Position numbers and translations under genes: made by a program. Positions 12,216-24,520 of a DNA stretch of 64,000 nt are shown here, one piece after another (within the stretch, counting starts at the first letter, position 1; every line of letters begins with the position of its first letter). The DNA is from Pavona decussata (lineage: Eukaryota). The stretch spans positions 6,758,001-6,822,000 of the forward strand of contig CDRNST010000233.1 in NCBI GenBank assembly GCA_977016875.1, in the 5' to 3' direction. The notes under the pieces are model-generated. The model made no database searches. It was not told where the DNA came from and saw only the letters and a list, made by a program, of their open reading frames with translations.

Positions 12216-13814
12216 TGTAAAAGCGTGAATGTAACCATTACAAGTTATTTTTACATAAAACTGGAGCAATATCCCGAGAGTTCACTCAGAAAACGTGGAC
12301 ACTCAAACGATGAAGGAATAAACCTTCGGTATTGCTGAAATGCGGTTTATTTTATTATCTGGTAACAAGTTTCCTCGACAATTTTGGAAATGCTTATTGA
12401 CTTACAATACTAAAAATTGCTTGATTTTTTATTAAAACAAATCACAACACAAGTAGACAGACATATTAACCATTTTAGCGCCAATAGTGATCGGCATCTG
12501 ATTATCACTTGACTATTTGAACCAGGACAAGATCCCTTAAATCCCTTAAATTTTCACTGCCATGACGTCAAGTTATTAACCGGCCTTTAGACATTATTTG
12601 TTAATCTTGCCACATTCATTTTAGCAGTATAGCCACTATGGTAAATAACTAGTCATAAATCTAACATCGCCTTACCCGTGTCACTCTGAACTGAAGTAAC
12701 AAAGTGATCTGGTGACTCCACGGCCCAATCAAACGAGGTAATGAACTTTTGTAATGTGTAAAGAAAAAAAAAATGGAGATGCTTCGGCAAGTTGAACTTG
12801 ACACTAAAGGTTTCAAGGCGAGATGTGCCGTTCCAAATGCCTCAATGAGGGGTTTTTATTAGCTAGTTCACTGATCAAAATACGGCAAATGTTGGAGGCG
12901 CGTTTGCTTTATAATTGTAAGCAACTCCCCTTCTCACAGGTCTGTGTTATGATTGGCAGATGAAATGGAGGCCATCAGAAAGTTATCATAAGGTTGTCAA
13001 AATGTGCTATCAAAGAATGTAATGAACAACTTTTCAAGGGGCAACAATAATGATTATAACGTAGCGCGCGCATCCTAATCTAATTCCTACTGGCGTCATC
13101 ACGGTACATTTCTCAACAAACGCACGGCCGTGCGTCCATCCGATGACGTGTGCAAGTCAGATGGGGGAAGCATGCGCACGCTATGTTATAAAAAAACTTT
13201 TTACAGAGAGACAACGCCATAAAAATGTATATTTATAAGGGCTTGTCGAAGTTTAATGAAACGTTAAGATGAAATTGATATGCCGGAGAAACCACTTTCA
13301 CCTTTTTTTTGTAGAGAGAACTTTGTCATTAATCAGGAACAAAACCTGCTTTCTAGGAATCATTTACTTTATTCTTACTATGTTATAAAAGATTGGTTCT
13401 TTATTCATGACATCAAGAAGCTAGAGTTGCTCTCGGCTACGCCTCGAGCAACTCTTACTCTTCTCTCGCACTCTCCAAACTTCCCGCGTGCATCCATAAC
13501 TCGATATACTCACGCTAAGCATAAGTGTACAGCGCTGGATGTAAAGTCCAATATGTTCACACAAGCGGCGCTTGGATCACGACAACACTGGCACAGTTTT
13601 ATTAATATTGGATCGAAAAAATCATAAAGGACAAGTTCACAACGATATTCTTGGTCTAGGAGCAAACGTAATGAAATTTAATCTCGTGGGAATTTTGTGG
13701 TGAAAGCAAACCACCTATCTAGACATGTTAAGGTGACCCGAAATGACGAGAAAAATGTTGTTGGTAATTTAGCAATCTGCCGGTACATCAATTATCATCT
13801 CATCAATAAAGAGA

Positions 13815-13907
13815 TTCAAGTAGAAGAAAGACCCTCGCAGTTACTACGCAACTTAAGCAGTTGTGAAAAGAAAGCCTGAAAAAATTCAGGCTTAACCGGG
13901 ATTCTAT

Positions 13908-13941
<34 letters not shown>

Positions 13942-14070
13942 CCAACGTAATTGAGCTATCAAGCCAACTGGGAGCTGGACATATTGTGAGTTCGAAATAA
14001 ACCCGCGAAGGCTGAATAAATAAATGTAAATATATAAAACATATATTTTGAACTGCAGATGAAAGATCAA
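13815..14070 (-). repeat. tRNA-like-core interspersed repeat (same family as 23520-23924)
   Basis: Reverse complement matches the 23624-23924 unit (GGCTTGATAGCTC...GCACTGCACCGGCATCGCAGAGGTCATGGG...AAGCCTGAATTTTTTCAGGC); the B box is decayed. Confidence 0.75.
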
Positions 14071-14337
14071 GATAGTCCCAGTATTTCAGAGAGGACTGAT
14101 ATGGATATCAATAAAGAGTATTTGCGGTTCGCATAATAGAACGAAACTCGTTCTATTATGTTAATTTCGATTATTTTTGCACAATAGTAGTGTGGTAGGG
14201 ACCACAGTTTCCGGATGTTTGCGGGGAATCTCGTTTTTTTGCGGGGGAATGAATTAACGCCGATGACGTCATCGCCTATTGTCTTTATCTCATGAATAAA
14301 ATGCGGTGGATTTTCATTAACGTGGCATTCATTATTT

Positions 14338-14525
14338 AACAAATAGATTCCATTTTGCCGTGCATCTGTACTCTGATAACGCATAGATGACGTCATAACG
14401 TGGTGAGAACATAGAAGTACGCTACGGGCCGCAGGAGAGCAGCGTGACTGATGTTCTCACCACGTTTTGACGTCCTCTGTGCGTTATCAGAGTACAGACC
14501 CACGGCAAAATGGAATCTATTTGTT
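14338..14525. mobile_element. Non-autonomous inverted-repeat element
   Basis: Perfect 25-bp inverted repeat AACAAATAGATTCCATTTTGCCGTG / CACGGCAAAATGGAATCTATTTGTT plus an internal TGTACTCTGATAACGCA inverted pair. Confidence 0.7.
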
Positions 14526-15307
14526 TCATACAATAACCAGGGCATTTCAACCCATTTCGTGAGCGAGCATCGCGTAACCACAGCCCTGAGCTGAGTCCAA
14601 AACTCAGATTTAGACTACTAGACACATGCAATTGTGATCCCCTAAATTAGAGTATAATCCGAAAGTATTTCACTAACAATATTTTCAAAACTAACCCGGC
14701 CTTATTCCAGAAGGAAATCCTGAGCGCAAAATTTTACAGCATGTAATTAAGTCGTTTCACTGCGATTTGTAATCGATTACTCGCCATTACCGGATTTCTA
14801 TCGGCGACAAACTTGGGCAAATTTTTCCTTCCTTTTCAGGTCACAATTACGTTCTATTTCTTTTAACCTGATTGAGGTGACTCTCAACGGTCTTTGTCCA
14901 ATTTTTTATCAGACAGTTTTTCCTTTCTTGCGAAAATTTGCCCTTGTTTGTCTGCTATTCGCAAAAACAGTTTGCAAAACTTTGTTGACCAGTCATTCTG
15001 GCTTGATTCTAGACTCTGATCACGTGCGCTGTCACACCACTCGATGACGTCAATCGCGCGTCTATACTCTAATCACAAACTCCGCTCCTCCAATCACAAC
15101 GCGGGTTTTACACTGTTCATTTCATAAAATTGGATGATGTCATGTTTTATTTTAGTCTTACCAAAAGGTTATTAACCGGTTTGACAGGTTTATCAACGAT
15201 GCCATGCTCTATTTTTATGTTATGGTAGTCATGGTCGGTATCACCGGTTTGACACGGTTTTGAGGTTATTCTTGGATACATGACATCATAGTTTAAAAAT
15301 AGATAAA

Positions 15308-17150
15308 ATGAAGATTAGGTTAGAAATCCATAAAGCAAGTAGAAGCAAGCAGATGATAAATATACTTCACGATTTTGTAATGGCACCTGACTACAACAGA
15401 ATCTTAAGGGTGGAGACACAAATCGAGAGAAGCGCTATCAAACGTATAGTAGACAACGGTGGCGTGTACCTTCCCCCAGATATAGTCCAATGAAGACTTG
15501 TCGTCTTTGCTGTTGATAACGATGATTTTGCAGAAGATACCATTGACGGTAAACGCACCTTGCACGGAACAGCCATGCTATTTATCAAAGAAGTCAACCT
15601 GATGACCGGAAACCCGATCTGGTGCTTGGTGATCCAGTTCAAAGTCGCTCAATCCAGGAGCTTCCACTGTCAACAATTGAACTTATGGACTGTCCCAAGC
15701 CTGCTTCGAAGCCACAGTGCACAGCGTACCCTTCTTTTAAATTGCTATTCAATTCAATTCAATTTTTATTCACACTTATTCGAAATACAATATATTTTTT
15801 ATGGTAAGAAAATAAACATACAGAGCATTATATTAAAGTGGTTTACCTTCTAGGGAAGAAGTGCGTAGTGGCCAAAGGAGCCAAGCTTTCGTGTTGGCCA
15901 CTACCTCAGTCTGCGTAGTTACAAAAATGGGGAAAAGTACAATTTATAAAACTGGTTGTAGAGCTCTGCTAGTTAAATTAGGCTTGGGAGAGGAAAATAC
16001 ATCGGTAAGGGAAAAAAGTGTTTACAGCAAATATAAAAGTATATAGTATACGTTAAATTAATATATATTATTCATGTCGGGTTGTCAAGTAGCAAAGTTT
16101 GTATTTCTTCTTAAAAACATTGTAAGGCAGACACTTAACAACCATTGGAATTGTTCCCCAGGTTTGTGATGCCACTATTCTAAACCATGCTAAACCATAA
16201 TTAGTTCTAGAAAATGGTCTGTACAGGTTTTGACTGGTGGCAAATTTGGTATTATAGTAATTTATGGATATGAGAAGCTAGGGAAACGAGATCATGGAGT
16301 GCAGGGGGTGTTTCTTTTTTGTTGTATTGTAATTTCTGCACGAGGGAACCAATTTGAGGCCCCGAAATTCCTTCAAGTGTAAAGCTTCCAGATGCTGTCT
16401 GGCTTCTTGGACTTTGATGATACCTTCCGCTAACTGCAGGGAAATAAGCACAGAGCCCACTAATCCCCACATAAGCGGCACGCTTGAGCCTGAAAAGCAA
16501 CCACTATTCAGAGTGATGAAGCAACACATAAAAAAAGTGTTGTAAACGCTACAATTCATCCCTGCCCTTAGAACAGCAAACTGGGAATTACATCTAATGG
16601 CCCTTGATACATTCACCAAGTACTTCTTTGCTCACGACAAGGTGAACTATGCACCAGTGATTCCCCTGTATTTAGCAGATACAAAATTCCTGAGGAAAAC
16701 AGATCTTGAGATATACAATGACTTTAAGGAAGGAAATTGGGTGGTTAACAAAAAACCCAGATGTACCCTTCTGTGTCCTTAGTGCTGACCACGCTTTGGC
16801 GCACATCAACCGGTCAATGAAAGTTACTGGAGGATTAGTGGGTATTACCCTGAACCCAAGTACCCGAACAAAGATCTTTCTCATTGCGCCAGAACTAGCC
16901 ATTGCGAGACTTGCCGAGGAGGCTCAAGAGATGGCTGTACTCCCTTCAAAGACACCAAAGTAGCAGCATGCTCTTTCAGCCGCTATGTTTACGCACCAAG
17001 AGAAAGCACTTGAAGACCTTATTACAACGTTCAGATGTTTTACCAACCCATTTCCAGAGCAAAGCAATGACCTATTTAACCTAGTCACCCAAGTAGTCGT
17101 GCCTGAGAGGATCAAAGAAGATCTCTGCAACCAAAGCCTTTTTTTGAGAC
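15308..17150 (+). mobile_element. Decayed Academ-like DNA transposase fragments, interrupted by a LINE tail
   Basis: Fragments VFAVDNDDFAEDTIDGKRTLHGT, RTANWELHL...YFFAHDKVNYA..IPLYLAD and SADHALAHINRSMKVTGGLVGIT..., recalled as Academ transposase motifs. Contains stops, frameshifts and an internal deletion. Confidence 0.7.
15746..16345 (-). mobile_element. 5'-truncated L2/CR1-group LINE 3' end
   Basis: (TTGAA)n tail at 15746-15765. Minus-strand decayed ORF2 C-terminus PPALHDLVSLASHIH...NLYRPFSRTNYG...ASQTW. Confidence 0.7.
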
Positions 17151-17201
17151 CGTATTCAATCAAACAAAACAAATCTGATTTTTCTTTGCTTTTTTCCTTT
17201 A

Positions 17202-18149
17202 CTATATGTCATGAACAGCGCTTAACGGCACCGGTGTAAAATACACTGTTCTTTTGAATGAAATTAACATGATGCCTTTTTCCTTTTCGTTAAGCGGGTA
17301 AGGGACACGACGCCTTTTTTTATTACATTTACATCTAGGAAACATTAATAGCACTGCATTTCTGTAAGCTGGCATTCTTAGACAATATATGAAAAAATTA
17401 ATAAAAGAATTGCTGTATTGAAGCAGCTTGATAACGTAAACAACTACACCAGGAACTCTTTCACACGAAACGCAAATAGAAAGCACAACATTTAAAACTT
17501 GGAACGCGAGCCATGCCAGAACAAATAGTACAGTTATCAGAATTAATGTCCTTGATAACTTAGCCTCGCGCCTAGATAGAACTTTGTTGTTCATGCGGCA
17601 GACTTGCTTTTTCCAGATGATGTAGTAGCAAATACACGACGTAAGCAGAGGTGTTGATAAGCTGATGATGATAACAATTGAAAACTGTTGAATCGTCATG
17701 ATTGAGAAACCAAGAAGAACTCGAGTTGAAGTCACGATAACGGCGAGGATCCAAGGTGTTGCTATGGCAATAGTGTAACTGCTGATGGCAAGTTGTCTAT
17801 GGCGAAGAGGGCGAGCAATGGCGTTCAGTCTTTCAAGGGAGATAACGGCGAGAGTAAAAATAGACGATAATCCAGTGAACATATCAACACAATGATAAAT
17901 AACTACCATTAGCCGTGTGCTCACTGTAAATAAACTCATATAAATTGGCACTGCACACAAGCCAACCAGCAGATCAGCGATGGCCAAACTGATTAACAAG
18001 AAATGGGAACGCTTACGAAACCTTCTCTTGAGAAGTATCGAGATTGCAAGAATATTACCAACGATGATTATGACAGCCATAATTCCAAAGCATACGATAA
18101 AGAAGGTGTTCCACAGGTCTAGATCCATGTCTAGTAAAATAATGTCCAA
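17202..18149 (-). CDS. Class A GPCR, paralogue 2
   Basis: Open 315-aa ORF; motifs GN, SLAIADLLVG, SLERL, AWLAFQ (Pro6.50 replaced by Ala), NSFINFFIY; clearly paralogous to GPCR1 and GPCR3. Confidence 0.92.
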   Translation of the reverse strand: MDIILLDMDLDLWNTFFIVCFGIMAVIIIVGNILAISILLKRRFRKRSHFLLISLAIADLLVGLCAVPIYMSLFTVSTRLMVVIYHCVDMFTGLSSIFTLAVISLERLNAIARPLRHRQLAISSYTIAIATPWILAVIVTSTRVLLGFSIMTIQQFSIVIIISLSTPLLTSCICYYIIWKKQVCRMNNKVLSRREAKLSRTLILITVLFVLAWLAFQVLNVVLSICVSCERVPGVVVYVIKLLQYSNSFINFFIYCLRMPAYRNAVLLMFPRCKCNKKRRRVPYPLNEKEKGIMLISFKRTVYFTPVPLSAVHDI

Positions 18150-21100
18150 TGAACAATCTTAACATAAATTGGAGACCTAGACTGACACCAATATGAATAA
18201 TGTAGTAACGGCCTTTAAATTCCCAAAGATGCTAGTTTTCGTTCAGACTGATTCCAGTTTGAAGCATAGCCATTGATGTTATCATTATTTTGTGAAACAC
18301 TTCGACAGACCTTTAATCGACCTTATCGCAGTGAACATTTAATCTGTTTTCCTTCACCCTTTTCCTTCTCAGATGATTGGTCACGTTCATAGGTTGTATT
18401 ATTTTCTCTTGGAAAGCCATTCCTGTGGAAAATTAAAATATATATATATATATTTATATATTAGCGGCGACGCAAGTGGACTCTAATAGGGCGATGCTAA
18501 ACTTCTAGTGTGATCGTAGGTTAATTATTACATATAATCATGATAATATAGGTAGCCGTAGAATAAATCTAGAAACATGAAACTAAGCATGCCAATGACC
18601 AGTTCACTTTCTAGAGAGTACACTGACAGTTCCTGTAATGAAGGTTCTCTTCAATGGCTAATAATAATAACTTATAACTTATGCAACTTATAACATATGC
18701 AACTCGCATCTGCTGGTAACTAATGCAATAATCTCATGTTTTCTACTACACACGTGAAGAAAAATATCAATTCAAATAAGCAACAGCAAGCCTTACATGT
18801 TGTTGTGTTAGTTAAAAAAATTAAGCTCCGTAATTTTTCGTTTCTCTGCCGTTTAATGTTAAATTTCACCGCTGGTTAGGCAGGGGCTTTAGTTTTGCTC
18901 TGTTTTTGAAAGTTTAGTAAAATGCTAATCAGTCTAACTCGTCATGCAGCAAACATAAAATAAAACAAAATTTATTCAAAAAAGATAAAACACATACACA
19001 CACCTGGCAACTTCTTAATGCTAGCTTCACTTCTCATACTAAATTTAAAAGAAGTTCGACTTGCAAAGACGTGTCTGACGTAATGTGCATCACTATTATT
19101 CATTGTATACTATTACAACTAGAAGCAATGCAAATACACGCTGAATAAAACTTAATTCTCTCTTTTCTACTCCGTCATTTTTTAACAATTCCATGCATTC
19201 TTCGTTTGGTTGTTATTGTTTTGAGTACAGGTAAACAAGAAAGTGCATCTTAAAGCCATTTTTAATTTAGTGTTACGTGCATAGCAGAGAACACCGATTA
19301 TCTTCAGAAATGCCATCTTTCCACATGCTAGATGAAACAGCTACAATACCGTTTTAACTGTCAAGTCGGAAAATTTTCCGCTTATTGGTAAAGACACGTC
19401 AAATTAACTACAACTACTGACCTAAAACGGTTGCCTGTGAACTTTGCACTGCTCTCAGGAAAATTCAAAATATTTGAATTGACCGCTTTCGATCGGCCCT
19501 GTTCCGTAACTTCAGTAGTATTCGTCCGCTTTGTTCACGAGGTGTTAAATTTCAAAAACCGGCGATTTATCGATCTCATATTGACTTCTTGATATTTTCC
19601 CAGCTCTTAGACCTGGTTCCATGACATGTCGAAGGATGGCAGGTCGAAAGAAAGTCGCTATGCACTTAAAATTGAATAAGTGTGTCGAGCTCATTTTTTT
19701 TACACAAAAGTGTTAATCATCTTTTGATGCTGCCAGTCTGATAAGATGAAGATAACTTACAACAACTTGCAAAACATATACATGCAGTGTAGACCGCTAG
19801 TCAAGCACAGGCAAGGCGTCGATGGAGTCTTCAATACAAATAACAACTGTTAGCACTTTGAACTTTTAGAAATACAGTTTGTTCTCTTATTGACAGGTTT
19901 CTTATCAGCATGTGAATTTTTCTCACTTCTATTGGGATAACCTCAAGAAAGAACCCCTGCACCGAATTCTTTTAAAAAGGTTTTCGATAAAAAAAGGCCC
20001 AAATAAGGTGTTACTCAAGGTTTGATTTATGTTATGCTACTACCTAAAAGGTAATTAGAAGCTGTAAAGAACCCCACTAATTTTGCTTGGTTAGTTAGAA
20101 CTCCCCGCTGCCTCGAACAAATCCAATTTCCTTTATTTCGACCCTATTCAGTGACAGTCTTTTAAATCGAACTCCGTTAATCTATCGTCTCAAACTGAGA
20201 CGATTGACAAACTTTATTGTTAACTAATCACAACGATCGTTTAGGTGAGGGGATCGATAAAAGCTTATATGAAGTTCTGTTGTGTAGATTACTGGCCATT
20301 ATTGCACATTTGTTACAGTTAGATCAGGGATTCATTTCAGGGATTATTTTGCAAAGACAGGCGAAGTATGTGCAAGGTGACGTACAAACTTAAGTATTGA
20401 ACGTTTCTCTGAGGGAGAAACCTAAAATGACTCTTGACTTGAATTACGAATAGTTGATACAACCTCGTTACCTTATTAATAATTAACTTAATGATTGAAA
20501 TTCAACGCCACGTTGTTTTTTTTTTCGTTTACTCGATCTATTTTTTCTCTTGGTAAAAGAGCATATTTTTTGGTATTCTTCGAATTTTGTAATGTTTCGA
20601 ATTATATGAGTTTGTCTGTACATACGTTCTCGATGTGTTTACGTACTTTGAATAACCTTTTCAGTGAATTTAAATAAAAAAAAGGAGACTAATAAAAACC
20701 GCTCAAAAGAAATAGGAGATTGATTAAAAGACATCATATAAAAATTCATAACAAGATAGAAAAAACATTAAGATAAGAACTTTCCCTAGCGTACGATTAA
20801 ATTAAAACAGAAAAACGACAAGAGAAGATAAAGAAAGAAAATAAGAACTGAAAATAAAAGTAAAAGGGGAGGGAAAAATTGCCCCTTCCCTGTGTAATAC
20901 GGAAAACGGAAGGTCAGTAGGATTCCATATCCCGCGGCGGCCACTCGCCTTGATATTGAATTCATCGTAAAGACATTCATTAAATTAGATACACTGACGA
21001 AGTCTACGTACGCCCTTCACCAAAGACATAGAAAAGTCAGCTACTTCAATTGCACCAGTTGTTATGTAATAATTTGTCGTATGAAATCCCGACAGAATTG

Positions 21101-21911
21101 GATCAGCTGTCCTTGAGACTTAAGAAGAAAACCTACGCACGCGTTTCTCGTTTGTAACATGATGTATTCAAATGTTTCTAGTTTTTGAGTCAAATAAATC
21201 TGCCGATGCATACCATCTGCCGAAAACGGCATGCAAATGAAAATGTAGGTGTTGAAACCACCCTGCCACATTTATTTCAGTTTCTCGGAAGGGTTATAAC
21301 ATCTTTGCTCCTTCTGAGGAAAAATAGCAATGATACAACGTACGGAAACAGAGAGAAATGAACGCAGCGCACAAAAACGCAAATTACCTGCTTTATTGGT
21401 CTTCATAATTTTGGCTTATTTAAAACATAATCTTTACAGACTAACTATACATTGTGGCCTAACTAGATTCATTAGTAGCTGTGTTTTGCTCATTCTTTTC
21501 TTCTTTTACAGTTATATTCTTACTTCATGAACCTAGACCATGTTCTTTGACCACAGTGTGGTTCGTGTTTGTGGTCACCATCGTCATCTTCTCCAGAACT
21601 AATCTCTAGTGAACACTTTTCGGAACCATACTGAACATAGAAATAACTTTCATTTCCGAAATCATTTATATTTAGAGTCTGGATCGGTGACAGTTTCAAC
21701 GAGAGCTCCTTCTAATCACATCTTGTGCTGGTATGAAGGAGCCACCACAAATAACTTAAAGCTGGTCAGCGGTGTTAATAACTTAGTGCCAGACCTTTCT
21801 CGGCGGTCACTGAAGTTCATGGCCAGGATTAACTTGATCAAATACAATTTGGGAATCTTCTAAAATGCTTCAAAATGTTTGTGAAACCTACGCATCTTTC
21901 CCTGATGTCTG

Positions 21912-22826
21912 TCACGAATGCCTGGCATGGTATAAAGATTGTGTGCTTGAGAACGAAATGAGATTGATGCTACTAGTTTGGTTTTCGGTGAAGGGAAAAA
22001 CTATTCGATTTCGCTCACGGTCCCTGCAGCAAGGAATGATAGTGAACAGTGCTCTTCGATAAATTGGAAGCCTAAAACAGTATATGAAGAAATTAATAAC
22101 CGAGTTACTGAACTGCAGCAGTTTGATAAGGAACACAACTGCAACGGAAACGTCCCTACATAAAAAGCACTTAAATAGCACAATCATCAAAACTTGAAAA
22201 GGCATCCAAGTCAAGAAAAAAGTCCCTGTTATCAAGAAGACCGTCTTCGAGAATCTCGTGTCTTGCCTTTCTCGGAATCTTTGTATTGTTCGGGTTCTTC
22301 GCGCTCTCCAAATGACACAATAGGCAAAACATGATATGATTAATGGAGTCGACAAGCTGGTGATAATAACGCTCAAGAATTGCTGAATTGTCATCACGGC
22401 AAACTGAAGCAGCACTCTAGTTGATGTGACCATCAAGGAAAGGATCCATGGCGTCACTATTGCAGCTAAGTAACTCCTTAAACTAAGTTGCCGATGACGA
22501 AGTGGCCGAACGATAGCGTTAAGTCTTTCGAGAGAAATAAAGGCCAACGTAAATACAGACGAAAACCCAGTAAACATATCCACGACATCGGAAACAAGTT
22601 TCGACACGAGTTTTTCATTCGAAATGACAGTGGTCATATAGATAGGCATTGCGCATAATCCAACCAGCAGATCAGCCATGGCCAAACTGATTAACAAGAA
22701 ATGGGGACGCTTGCGAAGCCTTCTCTTGAGAAGTATTGTGATGGAAAGAGTGTTCCCAAGGATAATTACGAAGGCCATCGCTCCATAGCAAGCAGTCCAG
22801 AAGGTGTTCCATCTGCTGAAGTCCAT
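21912..22826 (-). CDS. Class A GPCR, paralogue 3
   Basis: Motifs GN, SLAMADLLVG, SLERL, TWMPFQ, NSVINFFIY. Start set at MDFSRW (22826), downstream of a polypyrimidine-CAG acceptor at ~22852. Confidence 0.93.
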   Translation of the reverse strand: MDFSRWNTFWTACYGAMAFVIILGNTLSITILLKRRLRKRPHFLLISLAMADLLVGLCAMPIYMTTVISNEKLVSKLVSDVVDMFTGFSSVFTLAFISLERLNAIVRPLRHRQLSLRSYLAAIVTPWILSLMVTSTRVLLQFAVMTIQQFLSVIITSLSTPLIISCFAYCVIWRARRTRTIQRFRERQDTRFSKTVFLITGTFFLTWMPFQVLMIVLFKCFLCRDVSVAVVFLIKLLQFSNSVINFFIYCFRLPIYRRALFTIIPCCRDRERNRIVFPFTENQTSSINLISFSSTQSLYHARHS

Positions 22827-22971
22827 ATTAAACGTAATTTTCAATAATTCCCTGAGAAGGGAAAAGAAGGTTAATAATTCTTTCACATATACACCATTCA
22901 TCTACATTCAAATTCTAGCAGTCTGTAGGATGTTCGTCACATGAACCTACTTTAATGCCTTAGCTCCTACG

Positions 22972-23046
22972 AGTTTCCAATAGCTCAGTGGTAGTTCATC
23001 CGAGTTAGTAATCGGATAGTCAATAGGTTCGCCTCCCGTTGGGAGA
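22972..23046 (+). repeat. tRNA-derived SINE-like head
   Basis: A-box-like TAGCTCAGTGGTAG and B-box-like GGTTCGCCTCC; no canonical cloverleaf. Confidence 0.45.
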
Positions 23047-23519
23047 ATATGGAACTCGGGTAGTCTTTTTCGGAGTTTGCCTGTCTAGCTGACTAAACGT
23101 CTCACATTTCGTTTAAGTTAAATATCGTTCGTAAATGTGGTATTGTAAAAGTCTGAATATAATTCCAGGGCCTATTGCCAACGGGAACCATTACAGTAAA
23201 GGAATTTTTTAGTTATGTACTGTGCTAGATAACAAACTGACATACAGTCCTCACACAGTTTATACGACAAATAAAGTCTATTATAAGAAGAAAGATTGTA
23301 CCCAAGATTTGCACTTATATTAGGGATTATTGTTGCATTTGTAAATGTGCATCCCCAGTAATGGTTATATCAGTCAATATGAAGCTGGTTGCAAAAGCGT
23401 AGTAGTGTAACATAGAAACAAACGAAGAGTTAATTGACAAAGAAACAGAAACAAAATTCTTGATAACACTTGATAAGTTTTCTCGATAGCACTAAAAGGG
23501 ACGATAATGCAAACAAAAA

Positions 23520-23764
23520 AATATGAATATATGAATCATTTAATGAACTGCCGGTGAAAGGTTAAGTAGAAGAAAGACCCTCGTAGTTATTTGCACAACT
23601 TTAAAAGCAGTAGTAACTGTGAGGATCTTTCTTCTATTTGATCTGTCATCCGCAGTTCAAAATGTGTGTTTCATATATTTACATTTATTTATTCATCCTT
23701 CACGGGTATATTACGAACTCACAATATGACCAGCTCCAAGTTGGCTTGATAGCTCGGTTGGTAC

Positions 23765-23808
<44 letters not shown>

Positions 23809-23924
23809 CAAGCCTGAATTTTTCAGGCTCTCTTTTCGCAACTTCTTAAGTTGCATACGATGATCTTTCTTCTATTTGATCTGCCATTCACAGTTCAAAA
23901 TATATGTTTCATATATTTACATTT
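23520..23924 (+). repeat. tRNA-like-core repeat bracketed by 63-bp direct repeats, with a partial inverted copy on the left
   Basis: tRNA-like core 23743-23814 (acceptor stem GGCTTGA/TCAAGCC, A box TAGCTCGGTTGG, B box GGTTCGAATCC, non-canonical anticodon arm). Direct repeats at 23624-23686 and 23862-23924; inverted fragment at ~23520-23610. Confidence 0.75.
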
Positions 23925-24017
23925 AAGTTAAAGATTAAATAGCTTTTAACTACAAGAGTCGGCCCTGCTTCTTTTATGGGAAATTTTATCATTATCACAA
24001 AACAAAACAAACCACAC

Positions 24018-24520
24018 CAATTCAATTCAATTCAATTTTATTTTTCACACGTAGAACGAGATATAATACAATACGTAAAAAACAATAAACATTTATATTA
24101 CAAGGAGGATTAAAAAGAATTAGGATAAATTTGTTTGGTTTTAGTGTGAGCAGTGCCCAAAGGAGCATGCTGCTTTCGAGTTGGGCACTGCTTACGATGG
24201 AAGAGAAAATTATTTCGGTGGAAGAGAAAATTATTTGGGAAGGTTTGAAAAAGAAAAATGAAAATGAACGTGCTTAGCGAACGGATGACGGTGAAGAACT
24301 CTACATTACTTTTGGTTTATAAGCAAATTTTTGATTGCTTAATGTTGCAGTCTATTGTTTCCCATATTTGTGAAGGTGCGAATTGAAAAGTGTGTTTACC
24401 GTAGTTAGTACGTATTTTTGGTCTGCTAAAATTTTGTCGAGATGAAAATCGGGTATTGTACGAGTGCCGAGAGGATGCTGTGGAAATAGAGTTTGCAAAA
24501 ACAGGACATATTTGATCAAA
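24018..24520 (-). mobile_element. 5'-truncated L2/CR1-group LINE 3' end
   Basis: (TTGAA)n tail at 24018-24037. ORF2 C-terminal motif HSYNTRFSSRQNFSRPKIRTNYGKHTFQF..SQIW; related to 15746-16345. Confidence 0.75.

Noticed and set aside
23743-23814. Functional tRNA gene
   Set aside because: The anticodon arm is non-canonical (4-bp stem, 9-nt loop) and the sequence is embedded in a dispersed repeat.
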